Assembly: GCA_904063045.1 (NCBI GenBank)
Contig: CAJFCJ010000012.1
Span: forward strand, 682,001-746,000
Direction: 5' to 3'
Source: Dimorphilus gyrociliatus
Lineage: Eukaryota; Animalia; Annelida
Length of the DNA: 64,000 nucleotides
Both the position numbers and the translations under genes were made by a program. Position 1 is the first letter of the stretch, and every line of letters starts with the position of its first letter. The notes beneath the pieces are model-generated. The model had not been told where the DNA came from and searched no databases. It saw only the letters and a program-made list of their open reading frames with translations. Of the stretch, positions 50,829 through 61,395 are shown piece by piece.

Positions 50829-51836
50829 CTATTTGGTAAATATGACTTGCGTCCAGGGCGGTTCGGAAAGATTAGTAATGTCTAAAGGTAAATTATTGCA
50901 TTCGTATAAACGCTTTTGTACTGTCAGTTGGGCAAGTTCCTTCAAAGTAGATACCTTTTCAAACACATATGAACAAAAATAAGATTCCAGTTCTTCAAAC
51001 TTTAAACTGTCAGATAAATTTTTTAAATTCTTTCTGAATAAATCAAACTCCGGTGATAGTTCTCTTTTCGAAAATAATCCAATAGTTTTACATGCATAGT
51101 AATAACTGGTAGACATATTTTTTATTATATGCTTAAAGTTACTGTCTCTTTCTAGTTCACATATTCTGTTGACAATTTGTCGTAGGAAGAATCCAAAAAA
51201 TTTTAAATGAAAGAAACTACCATGTCGAAGTAATTCGAAAATAAAGTCACTGTTTTCAATATTAATTAAATTTGATCCATATATTTCGTTTTCAAGCCAT
51301 TCAGAATTAGCTTTTTCTAAATATTCAGCTATCCAAGTAATTATAGACGGTAAACGTATTCTATTATCAGATTTCTTGAGAAATTTTCTAATATTCGAAG
51401 CAAAGTCTGTTATGTCATTCCTAAATCAAACAATGGAAACAAGATAATTAATAAATAAAAGTAAAACAATCGGCTATTTATATATATATATATATTTATA
51501 CAGTAAGTGCATAGGCCTACACGAAAAAATCATATGTCGAATTGATAAGCATTGCTTTTATAACGTATTCATTCATTTAAAATACATTATCAATTTTACA
51601 TAATCTAGCATAGATGTTACTCAATTTTCAATGAAAAAAGAATTTTAAAAGAATCGGTCATATTTAAAGAGATAAAAATTTAGAACGTTGAAGGATTATA
51701 CTTGCCTTTTGTGGTTATATCTCAAATATTCAATTAACTTTTCTTTTGAGTTTATTTTTTTTCCTTTAAATATATCTGATAATTCTTTTGAATCTAGAAA
51801 TTTTGCTTTGTAACCTAATATGATTGAAGCAGCCAT
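50829..51836 (-). CDS. Small uncharacterised protein with a C-terminal SOCS/BC-box-like motif (about 210 aa, 3 exons proposed)
   Basis: The proposed exons 51836-51706 (GC donor AG|GCAAGT), 51420-51221 and 51131-50829 join in frame. The C-terminus VSTLKELAQLTVQKRL...LPL resembles the SOCS-box consensus. The splicing is inferred. Confidence 0.5.
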
Positions 51837-52085
51837 CTCGATAAGATAGATTAGGCTATGTTGCTTAACCAAATGAAATAGCCAACCATGTAATGTACGG
51901 CAGTAAGCCTAATAGTACACACAACTCTCTAGTTAATTCCTATCGAAAATAGAAATAGTAAAGGGTATTACAACAGTCACAAACTCTCGATATGCATAAT
52001 CGAAAGTAAGTTTTGAAAGGATTTGTATTTATATCAGAAATAATAATTAAATTAACGTTTAATCTTATATGAACTAAAGAGAATA

Positions 52086-52095
52086 AAAATGGCGC
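52086..52095 (+). promoter_or_regulatory. YY1-like motif AAAATGGCGC in the divergent intergenic region
   Basis: Matches the YY1 consensus AANATGGCG, between two head-to-head genes. Confidence 0.3.
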
Positions 52096-52657
52096 AGGTT
52101 GTTTTTACTAAAAAGAAACGAATTGAGAACTTTTACAATAATTCATCCTATTGTTGTTAAGGATATTATATTTTAATGAAAAAAGGCATAAAAACTCCGA
52201 AAAATATGTCTTTTTCATTCATAACCTTCGCCAGATTCTTTTTATACTATGTACTGGTATAGAAGATTAGTAAATATAAATTGTTATAAACAGCAATATA
52301 GTCTATTATCAGGTATAGACCTAGAATTTAATTTTTAGTATTCCTTCTCTATAGCTTAATTATTTTACTTTAGTTAACAATTACAATAGATTGTAATAAT
52401 TAGATACTTTATTATATAATTTATCATCAATGCAAAGTATGCGACTAACTGGGGCAATTTAAACGTTCAAACTATAATATTCCTAGACTCTTTGGACTAT
52501 TTTTATCACTTGCAACAATGTTATTCAGGCTATTTAAATGCGAAGGCGTATAAATCATTGATCGGAAATATTGAACGGTAAAGGGCGCTGCAGAATAATT
52601 GTGTCTATATGTTTATAAAATCACCGGGGTAACGCAGGAATTCCTTAGGGAATTGAC

Positions 52658-54481
52658 ATGACGCTTTTCACAATTTTTATCATTTTCTGTTCATTTTACA
52701 CTTATCAGCGTGAGTATTACATAATTGATTGCATAATAAGATTTTTATTTAATTTATCGTTGAATTTTCGTCTCTCTTAGCTTGCCAAATAACGTCAGAC
52801 TTTAAAGTTGTAGCAGACGTTGATAGTTCAACATGTTACCTTGCTCTTGATCATAGAAGGACGTTAGAAGAAGCTAAACATGACTGCTCACAAATGAACG
52901 GTACGTTGGCGGATGGTAGAAATCTTGATATATTTAAGAAATTTACTAATTTAAATTGGCGCCAATTTTGGATATCTGGAGAAGAGCAAGTTGAAAGTGT
53001 CTGGAAATGGGGTAATAACAAGAAAGCTACTGACATAAACCTTGAAATTAAGCAGACAGCAAATTGCGCAGCTTTAATGAATGAAAATTCACAACCGCTT
53101 CTTATTTCTGAACAATGCAGACACAAAAGATACGGAGCCGTTTGCGGTATTTCTAGTGATGGTAAATGCGATGAAAAAAATGGATTTCAAATACTCAGTA
53201 CAAATCCATGTATAAGATTTAAAGACAATAAATACTCTTGGTTCGATGCCAGAGAAGCTTGTTATAGTATCAAATCAGATTTATTAAATTTCGTTTACAA
53301 GGTTTAAATAGCTTTTCTTTTTATTAGAAAAATAAACATACAGTGTATTTTCATTGCAGGATATTATCTTTCCTCCAAAAAGCGATGGTGTATGGCTTGG
53401 CTTAAGGCGTTCAAGGTGGATTTTAGGCAATAATGAGTTAAAAGAAAATTTCTGGGGTGACGGAGAACCAAGCGATTCGGGAACTTGTTTAACAGTTATT
53501 AAAGAATTTGGAAATTACGTTTGGAAGAGTGAACAATGCTCTGCTGTTCACAGATTTTTCTGTCAAATTGCAGAAGAAAACTATGTTGACGTTAATTTTT
53601 CTAAAGAAAAAGCGAAACCGTCAAAAAAGCCTATATCTACTAGTACTATGAAAACTTCCACAATTAGATCAACGAAACCGGGTAGTGTAAATGATAAGAA
53701 CAAAGAATCATCAGGCTCCAATGGAAAAAATCTTACAATTGGATTAATCGTTTTGTGTCTTATACTGTTACTTGTATTTATTGTTATTGTTGTACTCTTT
53801 ACTGCTTATAGACGCAGAACTAATTTAGCTCGTAAGAAGAGCAGATCTAAGGCATTTGCAGTAGCCCGAAGATGTCAGGACCCTTCCAAAATGTTTACTA
53901 CAGTGACGGCTAGTGAAGAAGCGCCTAAATCGATACCAGATGTCGTTTCTACTCACACTACTCACACCCGAACTAGTGATTTATATGCAAAATTTAAGCA
54001 ACAAATGAAAGAGTTAACTCCAAGGTGCGACGAGGATCAAACGCCTTTTACTTCAATGGAAGTAGCTCCAGACGTAAGAGATGAGCCCATTGCTAAAGAG
54101 GAGAAGGTTAAAACCGAAAATGAAACACGATCCAGACGTCATCATCACCATCATAAGCACTCTCATAGATCTCATAGACACAAACGAGAAGAATCCGAAA
54201 AAGGTGAAGAACAAGAGTCTTCCGACCATAGACGACATAGACAACGTAGACGCCATAGAAGACGAGACGAAGACGAAGAACCAGTAAGAAGAAGTAGATC
54301 ATTGAGCTCTAGAAGAAAAAAACCTGAAGAAAATGAGCCGAAGCCAAAAATTCGAACAAGATCAAATTCATGGGTTGGAAATATGGCTCCACCAGTTCCA
54401 CCAAGGGATAATGTAGTACCAAAAGTCTATGATGACGTCGTAATATTAGACGATAATACTAAAAGTGATATCGAAATATAA
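52658..54481 (+). CDS. Type I transmembrane protein with two C-type lectin domains (3 exons)
   Basis: Exons 52658-52709 (signal MTLFTIFIIFCSFYTYQ), 52781-53301 and 53360-54481. CTLD motifs FWISG/WKWG/EQC and SWFDAREAC/VWLGL/WGDGEPS/WKSEQC...FFCQ. Then a Ser/Thr stalk, TM LTIGLIVLCLILLLVFIVIVVLFTAY and a long charged tail. Confidence 0.85.
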
Positions 54482-54945
54482 ACGAAGAAAGATATGAATA
54501 ACATTATTCCAAATTTTTATTAGTAGTTTAGCAGATAATTTACGAAATAAAAATGTATTAAATAAGTTTCTTCCTCAAAATATTAAACTTTTCTATTGTT
54601 TGTTGAAATTTCAAAGAAGATGCTAAACAAATAAATTCAATTAAAAGAAAAGAAGTATATTCTATTTATATACCGTGTATATACTGTATATGTAATGGTT
54701 TATTGAACTATTTTTAAGGTTTTCTAGGAAAATAAAGTCAGGAAATGTAAAAATTCCATTATGTTGATTAAGTTTATACTGTAAATATTTTATCGATCAT
54801 TAGATATTATTTTCTTCATTTTAGCTTATCAAATAAACTATTTATTGAAATTTATGTCCAGATAAAATATGTATATATAATGTATTATACAGTATACATT
54901 ATATATCCGGGCTATTGTCATGATCTAACAGAGTAAACTTTAAGT

Positions 54946-55075
54946 GTTACGCCATCTATAAGATTTCTAATACATTAAATTGTTATAGCTTTATGATATA
55001 TGCATAATTTCTTATTTCTTATTATATTTCGGCTTTTTTTACGTATTTCTTAGAAGGAAAGATGTTGCCATCTCT
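54946..55075 (-). promoter_or_regulatory. Two minus-orientation CTCF/YY1-like motifs (TATAGATGGCGTAAC; AGAGATGGCAACA)
   Basis: Located between the convergent 3' ends of the lectin and FaNaC genes. Confidence 0.35.
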
Positions 55076-56817
55076 ATTTCTAAGAACTTAAATAACTGAC
55101 CATTTTTTTCTTCTTTTGAATGAGAAAATATAACAAAGTTATTGAAGAAAATCTGTTAAAGTACCATTTAGCATCTTCGATTAATAGTTAGCTATGAATA
55201 GAAGTTATTACATGAATAAAGGCAATTGGAGATGAGTTATCTAAATCAAGAAATACAGTTTCTTTCGAAATATGATAATAACAGACTAAAGATTAGATAA
55301 GTTTTTAATTTAATTAAATAAATTAATATAAACGGAAAAATTAAGAATATTGAATTCTTCTTATATAAAATTGATTATCAAATAATTCAACAACAATTAG
55401 ACAACGAATAAGAATAAATGAATCCAGTTGGTGGAAGTTGGGTACTTAATCTACTAAGTCACTGTATAAAATCTCCGTAATCAGTATAAAAGCAATTCTT
55501 AAGAACAATTATCGTTCATAGTAGATAGAAAAAGGTACAATCATTATTAAAGAATTAACGATGTGGAAAATTGACGATATGTCGTACTAAAATGCATTCT
55601 TTTTTTATCCAATGGTCTAAAATAGCTTAGCTTCTTCTTCCTTAGAGAACTTTCCGTGTTTTTTAAGTGTAAAAAATAAAAAATTGTTTAATAAATTAAT
55701 ATTAATTTAAAGAAAATTTTGATAATACGGCTGTCTGACTAATCTTCTCTTAGATTCTAAAAAGGTTGCGTAAATGATCAAGTCAATTTAGTGTATGTCA
55801 TTGAATCCCAACACGGAAAACAAATTTTGATTATGCAAATTTTTTTTTTCTTCAGGGATTATAAAATTCTATCTAATCTAGAACACTAAAATTGTCCAAA
55901 AACTGGTTCACCTTAATAGGAAGTCTCATTTGGAAAAAAACAGAACAAGCACTTTTATATAGTAATCCTTTAATCCAGAAGAAAATAGAATTTTCCGGTT
56001 ACAGTGGTATTCACTTCCTCTAAGGTTATTCCATATTATTATTAACGTTTTGCTATATGCTATTCTTTCTATTTTTCTTTCCTTCCCTCTCTAGATCTCT
56101 CCCCTTTCTCCCTTTTATATTTTAAATGGAACCGTTCTACACATAATTCTATATCCTTTTATTTATATAAACAGATATTTTTACGATTGATGATGGATTT
56201 ATGTGGTCTAAAACCTAATATATACCACTATTAATTTCCTTATATAGCTCCACCTAAGAAGGTCAATAAACAAATACTTAAGCTATTAGGGATACGTGGG
56301 TGCCTTATCAATTCAACTATAATGACTATCGTTCTAAGAAAGGTAAGATCTTAGAAGCAAAGTGTTCTCTGTATTAACTACGTTGAATACGCTTGCTTAG
56401 GGCTATGCGTGTCAAGTGTTGTAAAAATAGTCACAAATTTGCGTTCACAGCAAAACAGAAAAAGGGATTGTCTTTAAGAGTGAGGAAAGGGGGAGGGGAA
56501 GGGGGGAGGGGGAGGAAGTGTGTGTATGTATGTGAGAGAGAGAGAGAGAGATAAAACTTGTGACTTGTTAAGTTTATCTGTTAAGGATAAAATACATAAC
56601 AGTTTATACAGTATCTTGTACTGTATATAAATAGGCTTTTTAATTTCTAATATTAGTCTTTTGTTAAGAGAAAAAGCGAAAAAAATTGACATAATGATTC
56701 TTATTCTCTTTTGTCTGTAAATATATAATTGAATTTCTTTTATACGGATATTTTAAAGTTAATTGCGTAATCAATTTTTGTATATAACATGTTCATTTAT
56801 TGAAAGATGAGATATGA

Positions 56818-58554
56818 CTATACTCTGTTGAAATTATCTGTTCTATCAGATTTAAGAGAACCGTTCATTCTGGTTGTTTCTGAGACATAAGGATCTCTTG
56901 AAAAGTGAGAACCTTGGGAATACGGTCCATACGATTGATAACAATATTTACAAAGTTTTGTAATTAATTCCAAAACTTCAGCCAATGTTAAAACGCTAAT
57001 TCCAACCCATAGACCTAACTGTCCACCAACGTCAGACAGCAATTGACTTTGACTATAATCTTCAGCTTCAACAGTTTTTACAACGTTAGCGTCTGCAATA
57101 TAAACGTTTATTCTGGAAAAATCTTTCATGGCTTCAAAACGATTTTCAGGGCCAAAATATTTCGAGTACACTTTATTTTTCTCCGCGTCTTCAGATGTTT
57201 TGAAACGTTCGGGATAACCTTCAACTTCAGTTATGTCAACATAGGCCTCTTCACCGTCAAAAGAAGTTGCGGGCCATTTAGCAAGAGAATATGTAACATC
57301 ATACGTGAGTTCTCTGCAAGGAGGGAAACAACCACACATTCTCATCTTTGTTGCATTTCTTGTTACTTCAGCCGTTACATTTCTAGCGCACATAACTCTT
57401 TTGAACATACTTTTCATCGCATTCCAACATATGTCACTGGATGAATTTCGACAAAATTCTGGCAGATCATCGTCTACAGTACACATTTTACTGTTATTCA
57501 AGTACTTTTCATGATCCGGTAAATAAGGCGAGATGCATCCGCATCTCGCAACTACTTGTTCTTGAACACATTTCTTTTGACAAGTAATCAGTCTATACGG
57601 AGCGCCTCGACTATCAAATGGGTCTTCCGCTGTGCAATTGCCGTGGGGCGGTCCAATACGAAGATTGTCTCGTGCTTTTACTGCAAGGCTAACAGAAGCC
57701 CCTGGAGGTATGTCGAAGCCCTCCGTATGGGGATAGGGCTGAGTAAATGGTCTATGAATAACTATTCTGACACCCTCAGAGGATGACATTGGACTTAACC
57801 ATTCATGAGTTCCCGGGATTACCCTTGGATTTTTATTTACTTCTAACATTCCAGAACCAGTAAGAACAGTCGTACTCCACCCGTTTTCAATTCCTTCCGC
57901 CAATGTAGCTTCCGGATGATCCGGTAATGGTGCATTATAAGTAAAACAATTATAATAATAATGATCAAAGAATTGGCGAAATTCTTTTTCTCTATCGCAT
58001 TCAATACCCCCAAATCGACAAGTGACTATAAACTCTTTGAAAGGTACTCCCGCTTTTTCAACTAGCTTCCTTTCGATATTCGTAGCGATAGACGTTCTTG
58101 TTAAGATTGCTGAGAAAACTTTGCTCGCTCCTTTATCATAATTCTTTTGCAAGGTTAAAAAATATTTTGAGACAACTTTCATATATTCATTTATAAAAGG
58201 ATCGTCTGATACATTCAACCAATGAACCGGCAGTATATTGGTGACATTAATAAACACTCTATTAAGTTTGTTAAGTATCATAATATCGAGATTTCTCATG
58301 TTACACAGACTTATCGATGGAAAAGAGACGGCTGAAGGAACAATCTCGACAGTTACTTTTTTCGGATATGAGTAGTATTTGTGTAATAATTGATAAAATT
58401 GCATTCCGAACATAGATACTGCAGCTGCACACATTATCAACCAAAAGCCTTTTGCAGCCTTCGATCTTGTCTGTATAACTTTTGGAAAGCCATGCATAGT
58501 TGTCGTCCTCGCAAATTTTTGCATAATTGTATTGTACTTCCGGTTGGGCCTCAT
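56818..58554 (-). CDS. FaNaC: DEG/ENaC channel of the FMRFamide-gated (FaNaC) family, intronless CDS
   Basis: 578-aa ORF with TTMHG, TM1, KYYSYPKKVTVEIVPSAVSFPSISLCNMRNLD and FFDHYYYNCFTY (FaNaC-type), a Cys-rich thumb, and TM2 QLLSDVGGQLGLWVGIS. A splice acceptor lies about 19 nt upstream of the ATG, so a 5' UTR exon lies further right. Confidence 0.93.
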   Translation of the reverse strand: MRPNRKYNTIMQKFARTTTMHGFPKVIQTRSKAAKGFWLIMCAAAVSMFGMQFYQLLHKYYSYPKKVTVEIVPSAVSFPSISLCNMRNLDIMILNKLNRVFINVTNILPVHWLNVSDDPFINEYMKVVSKYFLTLQKNYDKGASKVFSAILTRTSIATNIERKLVEKAGVPFKEFIVTCRFGGIECDREKEFRQFFDHYYYNCFTYNAPLPDHPEATLAEGIENGWSTTVLTGSGMLEVNKNPRVIPGTHEWLSPMSSSEGVRIVIHRPFTQPYPHTEGFDIPPGASVSLAVKARDNLRIGPPHGNCTAEDPFDSRGAPYRLITCQKKCVQEQVVARCGCISPYLPDHEKYLNNSKMCTVDDDLPEFCRNSSSDICWNAMKSMFKRVMCARNVTAEVTRNATKMRMCGCFPPCRELTYDVTYSLAKWPATSFDGEEAYVDITEVEGYPERFKTSEDAEKNKVYSKYFGPENRFEAMKDFSRINVYIADANVVKTVEAEDYSQSQLLSDVGGQLGLWVGISVLTLAEVLELITKLCKYCYQSYGPYSQGSHFSRDPYVSETTRMNGSLKSDRTDNFNRV

Positions 58555-61304
58555 ATTTTTTTTCTTTTTTTTCTGTTAAAATAAATTGTAACAAAGTGAT
58601 GATTATTCAATAGAAAATTACTGAAGTGGAAAAAATCTTTCGTATTTGGTTTGCATATATAACATTTGATGAACTATTATGTACGAGTGTTTTCTTATGT
58701 AGAAACAATCGATACTTTTCAATCTAACAAACAGCAAGAAAACATATTTACTTCTGCCAACTTGTATTGATATGGGTCCTTTATTCGGATTACTATACAT
58801 TTTGTAATAAGATCTGGGAGAAAGTTTCCTTTGAGTGTATAAAAAGAACCGAAGAAGGGACTTATTTTTGAAAGGAACAAGAAGACTACCCCTCAGTAAT
58901 TGTATATTAATAAAAAATTCCACGTACAATAACTAACATTTACTAGCACTTATGTCCCTTTTTATTTATTTGTTGATTTAAGATTATAAATAATATTTAC
59001 TATAGTTATTTGTGTAGAGAGTCTTCTTTTTTCTTGCTTTGTTTTTTCCCTTCATTCTACTTTTTTAGTTTGGGAAATTATTGAGAGAGCTATATAAATA
59101 TATTCTAACCGTAAAAATAAGTTGATAATCTATTACGTTCGCAATAAAAATTACATAACTCTTATACGCAATCCATAAGATTGCTACTTCATCAGAGGAG
59201 CTTGCCTAATGCACTTTTTCGCTGTTATTTTTTTTTCTTTTCTCTCCTGTCTTCTACCTCATCGTTTTCTCTGTTCTTTTTTCTGTCTGTCTCTATCTCT
59301 GTCATTCTTTGTCTCTGATTATTGCAAATAATATTGATTGCGGTATCGGTTGTATACTGATCAAATACGACAAAAATTGATCGATATTACATGTATAGTT
59401 ATTTATATATGGTTCTTCTTTCCTGTTAGATATCTACAAATAATCTCATTCAGATTTACTAGAACTCGGTTAAAAACTCCTGATTTCGATACAAAAGTCA
59501 AATACTGTCTTGAGAGAGTACATTAAAAAGAATAGTTTGCGTTACGGGATTCTAATTGACAAAAAGCCAGAATAAATTGACCATTTCCTTAAATTTATTT
59601 GTAATCTATTCGTAAATTTGGTTTATTGTATTTTTTCACGTTATTAATAAGATGATTAGATAAATAAATTGATATCCTCAATCTTTTATTGGGCTTTGTA
59701 ATGCTATAGCAGAAACTATTACCGATGCAAATATTAATATCTATATATATACATATTTATATATATATATAATATTCTAATATATTAGAACAAGCGAAGA
59801 CAAATTTTTAGAAAAATAGAAAAAATGTAACCAAAGTTGGAACTTGGCTCTTGGTAAAAAAATTTATGGTCTATTTATTAATAAATCCTCATTACGTTAA
59901 TTAACACGAATTCAGGAGCGTTAACTTAATTAGGTGTTTTTTATTAAGTCAAAGATTTTCCGCACAAGTAATTAAAGTGATTATCATCAGTTGTATTGTA
60001 ATATAAATAATATAAATACTAATCAAGCGTTAATAAATGGAAAAGTATTAAAGATCAATTCTGTTAGTAACAATGATAAATAACTTGAATATTTCGCAGA
60101 AAAAGAGAGAGAGAGAGAGAGGAAGAGGAAGACCAAAAAAATTTCCAATAGAGAAGTAAATTTTTGATGAAATTTAAATGTTTTGTTCAGTAAGGTTTAA
60201 GTTCAGTTTGACTATTTATCTAAGTCATTTCCTGTAATTTGATCTACTTTCTTATTCCAAGTGCATCTAGTACGTGGAGAAATTAAGGAGAGAGAAGAAT
60301 GAAAGAGAGAATAAAAAAGAGAGTAAGATAGAGACAGGTGAGAAGGAGGGAAGAGAGAAAGAGAGAGATGTGGAGTTTATTTTTATAGGTGAGAAAGAAT
60401 ATAATGAATATATTATTTAAGTTATTTTTAAGTATACCAAGTTAAGAGAAATGTGTTTCAAGACTGATGATAATTAAAATATATCCAAGTATATAGTGAT
60501 TATTTTCTGTAATTAACAAGTTCCTGCTGGTGTTCTTACAGTGGCATTAATTCAATACAAAGAACATATCATTTGACTTATTTTCTTGTCTTTTTACATA
60601 AATATAATATTATTTTTAGGATTTGTTTTTCATCCTGATCACCTGGTCATAGTTTTACAAGTCTCTTGTCCTTTTCTTTAGTATCATGGGTTTTACCATG
60701 TAAATTTCAATAAGTGATTAAATCTCTCTAACAATATATCTATAATTGACGTTTATACGCATAATTAATATATTTAACACATACCATTTCTAATTTGCAC
60801 ACTTAATTTCATTTTCTCACTATTCCACATGGTCGTAATGCAATCAGAAACCCAATTAACTTTTATTAACATTCTAACTACACGACTACTCATTAAATTT
60901 ATTTACTCAAAATTGACAGCTATTATAAACCATAAACTTTAAAATTATTTACAGTCACGAATGGGAACGAGTTAGCAGTTGCAAGATGCGTGAAAAGAGT
61001 AATTTTATATTTTTCATCCTAGAGAGCAGTTTACATAATGGTCTTTTCCTTTAAGAAAGAACGTACGTTCAGAGAAAATAGATAGGAAACGAGAAAGAAA
61101 GAAAAATAACAGAAAGAGGGAAAAGAGTAACGCAACGACTGATTTCTCTTCAAGAAAAACCATATTTCCCTAAGCAACTAGACCATTTCTCTTTGAACTT
61201 GATCTTTAGATTTAGTTTAGTGAGATGGAACAATGAAAATTATAATGAGACGGCATCGTGTAGAATATTCTTGTTTTTTACACTATTACAATACTACAGT
61301 GAGA

Positions 61305-61395
61305 CAAATAGAGAAAGAGAGAGAGAGACAGAGAGACAGAAAGACAGAGAGACAGCCGAACAGACAGAGAGACTAAGAGAGATAGAGAGATAGAG
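61305..61395. repeat. AGAG/AGAC purine-rich low-complexity tract
   Basis: Seen directly. Similar tracts occur at about 255-300, 13960-14030, 15450-15510, 16860-16980, 56520-56550, 60100-60370, 62740-62830 and 63830-63860. Confidence 0.85.

Noticed and set aside
57043-58594. Plus-strand ORFs opposite FaNaC
   Set aside because: Antisense shadows. The same applies to ORFs opposite DIP2 (47118-47450, 48495-48695, 49418-49666) and the lectin (54053-54302).
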